A stretch of 61,067 nucleotides of DNA. Origin: Amphiscolops sp. MND2022 (lineage: Eukaryota). Below are positions 32,401-45,015 of this stretch, in pieces (the first letter of the stretch is position 1; each line of letters begins with the position of its first letter). Location: the NCBI GenBank assembly GCA_964187785.1, contig CAXLNC010001431.1, positions 498,934 to 560,000 on the forward strand, written 5' to 3'. The position numbers and the translations under genes were made by a program. The notes under the pieces were generated by a model, which was given only the letters and a program-made list of their open reading frames with translations, had not been told where the DNA came from and ran no database searches.

Positions 32401-35400
32401 TACTTGTTTTATGGCAGTTAGCAAACTGATTTTTTTTAAGTTTCGATCAAGGAATGATTTTTTCGAGCTCGTCAGGCTCTACCACTTTTCCAACCACCTC
32501 CGTCGGTTTCTTCCAGTTTCACTTTGTTCTGGGAAACATCAAAGATTTTAACCCAGACACGATTTCCATATCTAATCAATTGGAAACTCAGATAAATAAC
32601 CATTTTTATGGCTTATAAGGTCTCGATCAAAGATTCGGTGTTCTTTTGAACCTAATTTCAAAGTGTTACAGGATTCACCTTTATTCCTTTGCATTTCGAA
32701 ACCCAGCAAATTTGAGTTTCCATGTGATGAATCGAAGAAAAGACCGACAGTGGTAATTGATACTAGAATTGTTTAGAAGAGTATTCATGTCGACCGCCAC
32801 TTTCGGCGAGACTTTGGATAGGTTTATGATGAGAGAATCCTCAATGATCAATAAAGATTTGAAGCACCAATAACAATCGCGTGTTTTCTCCATAAAATCT
32901 GAAAACAAATGAAACGTTATTTCAGAGTCAGAGCAGAATAGTTTTTGTAATGGAACAAGCGTGCAAGCACAGACAAAAACAAAAAACATGCAGATTTTTA
33001 GTTTAAAGATCATTCTTTATAAAAAAATACTAATATGATTTATTTACACGTTTTTTGGAGGGCCTGGAAGATACCCGCATCAAGGTTACCCTCCCTCCAG
33101 GCCTCCATACACGCGAGCAGGATTCCGCGCTCGTGTTTCCCGATCGCCCGGAAGGCGAACACGTCGAGCACGGGTTCCACTCTTGGCCTGTTGATGTACG
33201 ATTGGATTCCCTGCAGCGAAAAGTTTGAACTTTAACTTTTGAGATGAAATTTCAACAAAAAGCTCTAGAAAAAGATCGAACAACCTACCTCGTCCCCGAC
33301 CATCATGATCAAGGTGTCGCAGGTGTCCCTCGACACCTCGAGGAGACATCCCGAACTGGACCTCTGGTTGACAAAGCCCCAAGCGAAGTGGTCGTTGGCA
33401 TTTAGTTTATTCCATAGAACCATTTTGAAGTTGCGAGCAAAGATTTTACTTGTTTTATGGCAGTTAGCAAACTGATTTTTTTTAAGTTTCGATCAAGGCA
33501 TGATTTTTTCGAGCTCGTCAGGCTGTACCACTTTTCCAAGCACCTCCGTCGGTTTCTTCCAGTTTCACTTTGTTCTGGGAAACATCAAAGATTTTAACCC
33601 AGACACGATTTCCATATCTAATCAATTGGAAACTCAGATAAATAACCATTTTTATGGCTTATAAGGTCTCGATCAAAGATTCGGCGTTCTTTTGAATCTA
33701 ATTTCAAAGTGTTACAGGATTCACCTTTATTCCTTTGCATTTCGAAACCCAGCAAATTTGAGTTTCCATGTGATGAATCGAAGAAAAGACCGACAGTGGT
33801 AATTGATACTAGAATTGTTTAGAAGAGTATTCATGTCGACCGCCACTTTCGGCGAGACTTTGGATAGGTTTATGATGAGAGAATCCTCAATGATCAATAA
33901 AGATTTGAAGCACCAATAACAATCGCGTGTTTTCTCCATAAAATCTGAAAACAAATGAAACGTTATTTCAGAGTCAGAGCAGAATAGTTTTTGTAATGGA
34001 ACAAGCGTGCAAGCACAGACAAAAACAAAAAACATGCAGATTTTTAGTTTAAAGATCATTCTTTATAAAAAAATACTAATATGATTTATTTACACGTTTT
34101 TTGGAGGGCCTGGAAGATACCCGCATCAAGGTTACCCTCCCTCCAGGCCTCCATACTCGCGAGCAGGATTCCGCGCTCGTGTTTCCCGATCGCCCGGAAG
34201 GCGAACACGTCGAGCACGGGTTCCACTCTTGGCCTGTCGATGTACGATTGGATTCCCTGCAGCGAAAAGTTTGAACTTTAACTTTTGAGATGAAATTTCA
34301 ACAAAAAGCTCTAGAAAAAGATCGAACAACCTACCTCGTCCCCGACCATCATGATCAAGGTGTCGCAGGTGTCCCTCGACACCTCGAGGAGACATCCCGA
34401 ACTGGACCTCTGGTTGACAAAGCCCCAAGCGAAGTGGTCGTTGGCATTTAGTTTATTCCATAGAACCATTTTGAAGTTGCGAGCAAAGGTTTTACTTTTG
34501 TGGCAGTAAGCAAACTGATTTTTTTAAGTTTTGAGCAAGGAATGATTTTTCGAGCTCGTCAGCCTCTACCACTTTTCCAAGCACCTCCGTCGTTTTTTTT
34601 GATCTGGGAAACATCAACGATTTTAACCCAGACACGATTTCCATATCTAATTAATTGGAAACTCAGATAAATAACCTTTTTTATGGCTTATAAGGTCTCG
34701 CTCAAAGACTCGGCGTTCTTTCAAACCTATTTTCAAAGTGTTACAGGATCCACCTTTATTCCTTTGAATTTCGGAACCCAGCAAATATGAGTTTCCATGT
34801 GATGAATCAAAGAAAAGACCGACAGTAGTAATTGATAGTAGAATTGTTTAGAAGAGTATTCATGTCGACCGCCACTTTCGGCGAGACTTTGGATAGGTTT
34901 ATGATGAGATGACTCCTCAATCTTTCTAGAAAGATTTGAAGCACCAATATCAATCGCGTGCTTTTTCTCCATAAAATCTGAAAACAGATGAAACGTTATT
35001 TCAGAGTCAGAGCAGAATAGTTTTGGTAATGGAACAAGCGTGCAAGCACAGACAAAAACAAAAAACATGCAGATTTTTAGTTTAAAGATCATTCTTTATA
35101 AAAAATTACTAATATGATTTATTCACACGTTTTCTGGAGGGCCTGGAAGATACCCGCATCAAAGGTACCCTTCATCCAGGCCTCCATACACGCGAGCAGG
35201 AGCCGGCGCTCGTGTTTCCCGATCACTCAGAAGGCGAACACATCGAGCACGGGCTCCACTCTGGTCCCGTCGATGTACGATTGGATTCCCTGCAGCGAAA
35301 AGTTTGAACTTAACTTTTGAGATGAAATTTCAACGACTAAAAGTTCTAGAAAACAAAGATCGAACAACCTACCTCGTCCCCGACCATCATGATCAAGGTG

Positions 35401-36682
35401 TCGCAGGTGTCTCCGACACCTCGAGGAGACATCCCGACCTGGACCTCTAGTTGACGAAGCCCCAAGCGAAGTGGTCGATGGCATTTAGTTCATTCCATAG
35501 AAGCATTTTGAAGTTGCGTGCAAAGATTTTACTTGTTTTATGGCAGTAAGCAAACTGATTTTTTTTAGTTGCGAGCAAGGAATGATTTTTCGAGCTCGTC
35601 AGGCTCTGCCACTTTTCCAAGAACCTCCGTCGGTTTCTTCCAGTTTCACTTTGATCTGGGAAACATCAAAGATTTTAACCCAGACACGATTTCCATATCT
35701 AATCAATTGGAAACTCAGATAAATAACCCTTTTTATGGCTTATAAGGTCTCGATCAAAGACTCGGCGTTCTTTTGAACCTATTTTCAAAGTGTTACAGGA
35801 TCCACCTTTATTCCTTTGAATTTCGGAACCCAGCAAATATGAGTTTCCATGTGATGAATCAAAGAAAAGACCGACAGTGGTAATTGATACTAGAATTGTT
35901 TAGAAGATTATTCATGTCGACCGCCACTTTCGGCGAGACTTTGGATAGGTTTATGATGAGATTAATCCTCGATGATCAATAAAGATTTGAAGCACCAATA
36001 ACAATCGCGTGTTTTCTCCATAAAATCTGAAAACAAATGAAACGTTATTTCAGAGTCAGAGCAGAATAGTTTTGGTAATGGAACAAGCGTGCAATCACAG
36101 TCAAAAACAAAAAACATGCAGATTTTCAGTTTAAAGATCATTCTTTATATAAAAAAATACTAATATGATTTATTTACACGTTTTTTGGAGGGCCTGGAAG
36201 ATACCCGCATCAAGGTTACCCTCCCTCCAGGCCTCCATACACGCGAGCAGGAGCCCGCGCTCGTGTTTCCCGATCGCCCAGAAGGCGAACACATCGAGCA
36301 CGGGGTCCACTCTTGTCCTGTCGATGTACGATTGGATTCTCTGCAGCGAAAAGTTTGAACTTTAACTTTTGAGATGAAATTTCAACAAAAAGCTCTAGAA
36401 AAAGATCGAACAACCTACCTCGTCCCCGACCATCATGATCAAGGTGTCGCAGGTGTCCCTCGACACCTCAACGAGACATCCCGACCTGGACCTCTGGTTG
36501 ACAAAGCCCCAAGCGAAGTGGTCCTTGGCATTTAGTTCATTCCATAGAACCATTTTGAAGTTGCGAGCAAAGATTTTACTTTTGTGACAGTAAGCAAACT
36601 GATTTTTTTTAGTTGCGAGCAAGGGATGATTTTCGAGCTCGTCAGGCTCTACCACTTTTCCAAGCACCTCCGTCGGTTTCTT
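28580..36682. repeat. Tandem array of about eight 1033-1051 bp units derived from a spliced gene
   Basis: An anchor motif recurs at 28853, 29899, 30945, 31990, 33035, 34081, 35114, 36165. Confidence 0.97.
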
Positions 36683-37050
36683 GGCCTGAGTACTGGCCCC
36701 CTCAATGTAAGCCTGGATCCCCTACAGCAGAAAAATAGTGAGCGGTCGTTTTTGAGGCAAAACTTCAACGGTAAAAAGCTCTGAAAAACAGATAATTAAA
36801 AACATACCTCATCTCCACAAATCGTTCTCAGAGTGTCGTATGTCTCACTGAAGACGTCGAGAACACGCGAGGCCTTTCACCTCTTGTTCCCGACGCTCCA
36901 GCCGAAACGGTCGATTTGGTCGAGCTCTTACCAGCTTAGCATGATTAAGGCGAATGAGTTTGATTTCAGAAATAAACTGTTTTGCACTTTTTGAGTAAGG
37001 AATGAATTTTTTGTGCTCGCCAGGCTCAACAATTTTTTCAAGCCTCCATG
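36683..37050 (-). pseudogene. Diverged paralogue fragment of the array gene (exon, intron 36722-36807, exon start)
   Basis: KIVEPGE...DRFGWS...YDTLRTICGDE|GIQAYIE aligns with KVVEPDE...DHFAWG...CDTLIMMVGDE|GIQSYID, with the same phase-0 intron. Confidence 0.75.
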
Positions 37051-38149
37051 CCACCCATAGAAAAGCGCATATTCACTAAACGAAAATGAAGCATGTAGAA
37101 AAACAAGAATGCAAAATTATACAACAAAGACTACGAAAGAAAACAAAAGGAATAGGGGAATAAAAGATTGGAAAATTGGACAAATTCTCAGGAAACGAGC
37201 TGCACAAGATGTTAGATCGTTCCTCGCGACTGTTGAAAACAAAATTAATTCTACAATGGGTCATGAACCCGACAACAATGATGAACGAGGGTGATATTTA
37301 TTCCGAAAAAAAATGGAATTTTTCTCATCCCTTCTAAGAGGACCAGCCGCTGAATGGTACGCAGATAATATAACATGAACACGATTGGCAACATATCAGG
37401 ACTCATTTTCGAATTCGTTTTTCCGACAATAGAGATAAATACAGATACAGAATAACCGCGGAAAACAGTGTCAGAGGAAATGAAGAAATAATATGTTGGT
37501 TAGTTTCGAAATTAGAATCTTTTATCAACAATCAACAATGTCGCTTAACGATTCAGTCACTTCTACAGTCAACAAGTCTATGAGTGATAGTTACTTTTGG
37601 ATTGGAAGGGAGAGATTCTGACGTCTACTCTTCGAGTTGCGAGATTAATGAGTAACTTAACGAGATTCGAATGGCAACCATCGAATTTCTTCCATCGAGT
37701 GAAACGAGCTGTCGATAGAGGATGGCCAGATTAAGAAAATGCTGACAACGCAGCCAGAGCCGAATTGAACGCCCAAAGGAGGCACAAACACATCAATATG
37801 CCGTCAGAGGATTAACGCCAAACGAACTCGAGAACAAGGCTCACCAATTCCTAATTGAACACCCTAACGCAACTTGGGAACAATTTCAAGAACATGTAAC
37901 AAATAAAGACCTTGTTTTCAAAATCAACTCTCAGTTAACACCTCCCAGAATTAAAAAACGTTGATGAATGAACTACGGAAGACAAAAACAATGAAGAATA
38001 TGCTTGGTCTGTAGTTTATGGAGATGTTCAATTTATCCTAGTTTGAATTGTTTTCTTTTCAATCACAATTTGTGATGTTGATTTTTTTTCACACTACTGG
38101 TAAAGTTTTAGCAAGGTTTCAGAAAGTTTTAGTGTCCTGGCGGTTCGCC

Positions 38150-39300
38150 TTAAACGGCCGAACTGCCTGGAATAGGTACCGCTGTGGTTGTTGATGTTTT
38201 AATCAACAAGCCTCCATATAGGGGTGACTGCTCAATGCTCCTCAGTAGAATCTCTTCCTATTCAATCTTTGGATAGTTATAGTCATTACAATTTAATCCT
38301 GCATTTCTCAAACTGGCATCTCTCAAACAAAATAACGTTATTACGAAACTTAAATTAAAACACACAACAAAAACCCACAAAACACATTTCATTATATGCA
38401 ATTATTTATATACAATTATTTACAAAATATCCTCGCTCTCTGTGGGGATGATGGTCGCCCCATTGGGAGGCGGTTTGGGGTGCCCAGGACACAGGCACAC
38501 AATGTACCCCCTAACTCGGCCAGGTCTTGGAGGGCCTGAAAAAAAATGGCCACGGTCCAGCTGCCACGCTATACATTCATGGCCTTGCGGATTGTCATTT
38601 TCCTTCCTTGGACAATAGCCTTGAGCTTGAATACCCAGACATTCTTTGCCCCGGATTGTAACTTCTCTTTCCACTAAAACAAATCGAAAGTTGTTCACAA
38701 GACCAAACAAACATTTCTGCCCTAGGTTTCTCTCTCGCGTTTAGAAATCACAAGTTACAGAACCTTGTACAATCAATTCCAATGACGCCTTTCCCGTTTT
38801 TTTTCTTGATTTTCCTTATGAGAAATATGCAAAAATCCCTTCTCTATACGGTTTTGGTGTCAGAGCATACTAATCAACAACTTACGTGGTCTCCTAACGC
38901 CAGTCTTACTGCCCTTCGCAGTGGTTCCGGGCGACGCAACACTTCACTCTCCGGCGTAACTCCCACCATCAAATGCATCTCCAAATCTGTTACTAGGGAC
39001 CGCAAGTCAGCAAACAGATCTGGCGCTAGATAAGCGCCAGGAGCAGTCGAAAACGGCAAACGGTTCGACTTTTGTCAAATTTCAACAAATTGTCAGCGAA
39101 GAATTACTAAGTCTGAAATAACAAATACTTTCAACCTCAAATTTCATTTTCACCACCCCCTTATGTCCATTAAAAATTTACCTTGTTCTCTGCTACTGAA
39201 AACTTTCTGCTTTTCTCCGCTTTCTTTCCCCATATGCATTCAATTTCTCCTACCGCTTTTTCGGTGGTCGAGCGTGTCATATACACGATAACAAAGTTCA
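38150..39300 (-). pseudogene. Third paralogue of the array gene (repeated about 3 kb and, partially, 6 kb further right)
   Basis: Exon 38886-39112 ending RLALGDH|GTAAGT; next exon from 38673 VFKLKAIV...QLDRG..FQALQD; then an SGNH-like exon with IEQSPLY...A(V)SIPG. Confidence 0.6.
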
Positions 39301-40159
39301 AGTCTATGAAAAAATCGAAAAGAATATCAAAAACGAACTTACTGGTGAATATGAGGAGCTTAGACTAACATCCAAGAGCGCATCTGACACAAACAAAATT
39401 CAATAGCCACTCGAGGAATACATGACGACCACAACCAAAGCGTACTCAACACAGAGCAACTTCAAACCACCACTTCAAAAACAGACTCGGCACCCATAGA
39501 AAAGCGCATATTCAATAAACGAAAATGATAAGATAAAAGACCATCGATATAGGTCAAACAAAACAAAAGAACTCAAAGCAACTTCAAGCCACCATTTCAA
39601 AAACACACATGGCACCTATAGAAAAGCGCTCAATAAACGAAAATGATTAGATAAAAGATCACCGATATAGGTCAAACAAAACAAAAGAAAAACTCAATAC
39701 CCAAAGAAGTGACAAAGAGTTCACTTTTCAAAAGCATGTAGAAAACAAAAGGATGCAAAATTATACAACAAAGACTACAAAAGAAAACAAAAGGAATAGG
39801 AGAATGAAAGATAAAACTAACAAACAATGCCCTGTTAAAAGAGAATCTTGTGAAAAGAATAGAATTCTATAGGATAATTTTTGCCTTTTGAAACAAGCTT
39901 TTGCAATTGTAAGACATTGTTTAAATATTACAGAAGAAATCAAGTAGCATTTTCGAACATTGTACTTTATTTTGGTCAAGTTTCAGTCAAAACTTAGTTG
40001 ATAATGAAGCCCGTCTTGAACGACATCCCGATCGTAATCATCAAAAACTTTAAATTCAACTGTTTTTGGAATGTCATGCCTGAGTTAGAAGAAACCACCA
40101 TGATAATGGAATAATTCAACTGGAGCGACCAGTGAGGCACACACTTGAAAAATAGAAGA

Positions 40160-40945
40160 ATGGCGGATAATACTGTTTCATTTCCTAAATTCTCAGGAAA
40201 CGAACTGCACAAGATGTTAGATCGTTCCTCACGACTGTTGAAACAAAATTAATTTTCCAATGGGTCATGAACGCGACAATGATGAACGAGGGAGATATTT
40301 ATTCCGAAAAAAGACACTTCTCATCCGTTCTAAGAGGACCAGCCGCTGAATGGTACGCAGATAATATAACAGATGAACACGATTGGCAACATATCAGGAC
40401 TCATTTTCGAACTCGTTTTTCCGACTATAGAGATAAATACAGATACAGAATAACCGCAGAAAACAGTGTCAGAGGAAATGAAGAAATCATATGTTGGTTA
40501 GTTTCGAAATTAGAATCTTACTTTTATCAACAAATCAGCAATGTCGTTTAACGATTCAGTCACTTCTATAATCAAGTTTATGAGTGATGGTTACTTTTGG
40601 ATTGGAAGGAAGAGATTCTGACATCTACTCTTCGAGTTTCCAGAATAATGAGTAACTTAACGAGATTCGAATTGCAACCATCGAATTTCTTCCATCGAGT
40701 GAATCGAGCTGTCGATAAAGGATGGCCAGATGAAGAAAATGCTGACAACGCAGCCAGAGCCGAATTGAACGCCCAAAGGAGGCACAAACACATCAATATG
40801 CCGTCAGAGGATTAACTCCAAACGAACTCAAGAACAAGGATCACCAATACCTAATTGAACACCCTAACGCAACTTGGGAACAATTTCAAGAACATGTAAC
40901 AAATAAAGACCTTGTTTACAAAATCAACTCTCAGTTAGCACCGGA
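40160..40945 (+). pseudogene. Gypsy gag remnant (also at about 37185-37955 and 43159-43945)
   Basis: MADNTVSFPKFSG...LRGPAAEWY...W...F..RFSD...FHRVNRAVDKGWP...HPNATWEQF, interrupted by an insertion of about 200 bp. Confidence 0.8.
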
Positions 40946-43900
40946 CTCCTCCCAGAATTAAAAAACGTTGATGAATGAACTACGGAAGACAAAAACAATG
41001 AAGAATATGCTTGGTCTGTAGTTTATGGAGATGTTCAATTTATCCTAGTTTGAATTGTTTTCTTTTCAATCACAATTTGTGATGTTGATTTTTTTCACAC
41101 TACTGGTAAAGTTTTAGCAAGGTTTCAGAAAGTTTTAGTGGCCTGGCGGTTCGCCTTGAACGGCCGAACTGCCTGGAATAGATACCGCTGTGGTTGTTGA
41201 TGTTTTAATCAACAAGCCTCCATATAGGGGTGACTGCTCAATGCTTCTCAGTAGAATCTGTTCCTATTCAATCTTTGGATAGTTATAGTCATTACAATTT
41301 AATCCTGCATTTCTCAAACTGGCATCCAAAATAACGTTATTACGAAACTTAAATTAAAACACACAACAAAAACCCACAAAACACATTTCATTACATACAA
41401 TTATTTATATACAATTATTTACAAAATATCCTCGCTCTCTGTTGGGATGATGGTCGCCCCATTGGGAGGCGGTTTGGGGTGCCCGGGACACAGGCACACA
41501 ATGTACCCCCTAACTCGGCCAGGTCTTGGAGGGCCTGAAAAAAATGGCCACGGTCCAGCTGCCACGCTATACATTCATGGCCTTGCGGAATTGTCATTTT
41601 CCTTCCTTGGACAATAGCCTTGTGCTTGAATACCCAGACATTCTTTGCCCCGGATTGTAACTTCTCTTTCCACTAAAACAAATCGAAAGTTATTCACAAG
41701 ACCAAACAAACATTTCTGCCCTAGGTTTCTCTCTCGCGTTTAGAAATCACAAGTTACAGAACCTTGTACAATCAATTCCAATGACGCCTTTCCCGTTTTT
41801 TTCTTGATTTTCGTTATGAGAAATATGCAAAAATCCCTTCTCTATACGGTTTCGGTGTCAGAGCATACTAATCAACAACTTACGTGGTCTCCTAACGCCA
41901 GTCTTACTGCCCTTCGCAGTGGTTCCGGGCGACGCAACACTTCACTCTCCGGCGTAACTCCCACCATCAAATGCATCTCCAAATCTGTTACTAGGGACCG
42001 CAAGTCAGCAAACAGATCTGGCGCTAGATAAGCGCCAGGAGCAGTCGAAAACGGCAAACGGTTCGACTTTTGTCAAATTTCAACAAATTGTCAGCAAAGA
42101 ATTACTAAGTCTGAAATAACAAATACTTTTCAACCTCAAATTTCATTTTCACCACCTCCTTATGTCCATTAAAAATTTACCTTGTTCTCTGCTACTGAAA
42201 ACTTTCTGCTTTTCTCCGCTTTCTTTCCCCATATGCATTCAATTTCTCCTACTGCTTTTTCGGTGGTCGAGCGTGTCATATACACGATAACAAAGTTCAA
42301 GTCTATGAAAAAATCGAAAAGAATATCAAAAACGAACTTACTGGTGAATATGAGGAGCTTAGACTAACATCCAAGAGCGCATCTGACACAAACAAAATTC
42401 AATAGCCACTCGAGGAATACATGACGACCACAACCAAAGCGTACTCAACACAGAGCAACTTCAAACCACCACTTCGAAAACAGACTTGGCACCCATAGAA
42501 AAGCGCATATTCAATAAACGAAAATGTTAAGATAAAAGACCACCGATATAGGTCAAACAAAACAAAAGAACTCAAAGCAACTTCAAGCCACCATTTCAAA
42601 AACACACATGGCACCTATAGAAAAGCGCTCAATAAACGAAAATGATTAGATAAAAGATCACCGATATAGGTCAAACAAAACAAAAGAAAAACTCAATACC
42701 CAAAGAAGTGACAAAGAGTTCACTTTTCAAAAGCATGTAGAAAACAAAAGGATGCAAAATTATACAACAAAGACTACAAAAGAAAACAAAAGGAATAGGA
42801 GAATGAAAGATAAAACTAACAAACAATGCCCTGTTAAAAGAGAATCTTGTGAAAAGAATAGAATTCTATAGGATAATTTTTGCCTTTTGAAACAAGCTTT
42901 TGCAATTGTAAGACATTGTTTAAATATTACAGAAGAAATCAAGTAGCATTTTCGAACATTGTAATTTATTTTGGTCAAGTTTCAGTCAAAACTTAGTCGA
43001 TAATGAAGCCCGTCTTGAACGACATCCCGATCGTAATCATCAAAAACTTTAAATTCAACTGTTTTTGGAATGTCATGCCTGAGTTAGAAGAGACCACCAT
43101 GATAATGGAATAATTCAACTGGAGCGACCAGTGAGGCACACACTTGAAAAATAGAAGAATGGCGGATAATACTGTTTCATTTCCTAAATTCTCAGGAAAC
43201 GAACTGCACAAGATGTTAGATCGTTCCTCACGACTGTTGAAACAAAATTAATTTTCCAATGGGTCATGAACGCGACAATGATGAACGAGGGAGATATTTA
43301 TTCCGAAAAAAGACACTTCTCATCCGTTCTAAGAGGACCAGCCGCTGAATGGTACGCAGATAATATAACAGATGAACACGATTGGCAACATATCAGGACT
43401 CATTTTCGAACTCGTTTTTCCGACTATAGAGATAAATACAGATACAGAGTAACCGCAGAAAACAGTGTCAGAGGAAATGAAGAAATCATATGTTGGTTAG
43501 TTTCGAAATTAGAATCTTACTTTTATCAACAAATCAGCAATGTCGTTTAACGATTCAGTCACTTCTATAATCAAGTTTATGAGTGATGGGGACTTTTGGA
43601 TTGGAAGGGAGAGATTCTGACATCTACTCTTCGAGTTTCCAGAATAATGAGTAACTTAACGAGATTCGAATTGCAACCATCGAATTTCTTCCATCGAGTG
43701 AATCGAGCTGTCGATAAAGGATGGCCAGATGAAGAAAATGCTGACAACGCAGCCAGAGCCGAATTGAACGCTCAACAAGGCACAAATACATTAAATTTGC
43801 CGTCAGAGGATTAACTCCAAACGAACTCAAGAACAAGGCTCACCAATACCTAATTGAACACCCTAACGCAACTTGGGAACAATTTCAAGAACATGTAACA

Positions 43901-45015
43901 AATAAAGACCTTGTTTTCAAAATCAACTCTCAGTTAGCACCGGACTCCTCCCAGAATTAAAAAACGTTGATGAATGAACTACGGAAGACAAAAACAATGA
44001 AGAATATGCTTGGTCTGTAGTTTATGGAGATGTTCAATTTATCCTAGTTTGAATTGTTTTCTTTTCAATCACAATTTGTGATGTTGATTTTTTTCACACT
44101 ACTGGTAAAGTTTTAGCAAGGTTTCAGAAAGTTTTAGTGGCCTGGCGGTTCGCCTTAAACGGCCGAACTGCCTGGAATAGATACCGCTGTGGTTGTTGAT
44201 GTTTTAATCAACAAGCCTCCATATAGGGGTGACTGCTCAATGCTTCTCAGTAGAATCTGTTCCTATGCAATCTTTGGATAGTTATAGTCATTACAATTTA
44301 ATCCTGCATTTCTCAAACTGGCATCTCTCAAACAAAATAACGTTATTACGAAACTTAAATTAAAACACACAACAAAAACCCACAAAACACATTTCATTAC
44401 ATACAATTATTTATATACAATTATTTACAAAATATCCTCGCTCTCTGTTGGGATGATGGTCGCCCCATTGGGAGGCGGTTTGGGGTGCCCAGGACACAGG
44501 CACACAATGTACCCCCTAACTCGGCCAGGTCTTGGAGGGCCTGAAAAAAATGGCCACGGTCCAGCTGCCACGCTATACATTCATGGCCTTGCGGAATTGT
44601 CATTTTCCTTCCTTGGACAATAGCCTTGTGCTTGAATACCCAGACATTCTTTGCCCCGGATTGTAACTTCTCTTTCCACTGAAACAAATCGAAAGTTATT
44701 CACAAGACCAAACAAACATTTCTGCCCTAGGTTTTTCTCTCGCGTTTAGAAATCACAAGTTACAGAACCTTGTACAATCAATTCCAATGACGCCTTTCCC
44801 GTTTTTTTTCTTGATTTTCGTTATGAGAAATATGCAAAAATCCCTTCTCTATACGGTTTTGGTGTCAGAGCATACTAATCAACAACTTACGTGGTCTCCT
44901 AACGCCAGTCTTACTGCCCTTCGCAGTGGTTCCGGGCGACGCAACACTTCACTCTCCGGCGTAACTCCCACCATCAAATGCATCTCCAAATCTGTTACTA
45001 GGGACCGCAAGTCAG

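Larger units (their letters stand above)
37052..45015. repeat. Tandem array of 2999-bp composite units (one deleted, one full, one partial copy)
   Basis: An anchor CACCCATAGAAAAGCGC at 37052, 39491, 42490; paired ORFs offset by 2999 bp. Confidence 0.95.

Noticed and set aside
29545-35092. Signal-peptide-like N-terminus MIFKLKICMFFV(L/F)VCACTLV
   Set aside because: It lies in the T-rich intron of about 149 nt; hydrophobicity reflects base composition.
28853-36413. Recurrent ORFs MIYLHVFWRAW... (+) and MGL(R/C)QP... (-) in the 1-kb array as real small genes
   Set aside because: They are antisense or wrong-frame shadows of the spliced minus-strand gene and read through its introns.
28580-45015. 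CRISPR-like or rDNA/snRNA/histone repeat array
   Set aside because: Units are 1-3 kb with no short repeat-spacer pattern, and no rRNA, snRNA or histone sequence is recognisable.
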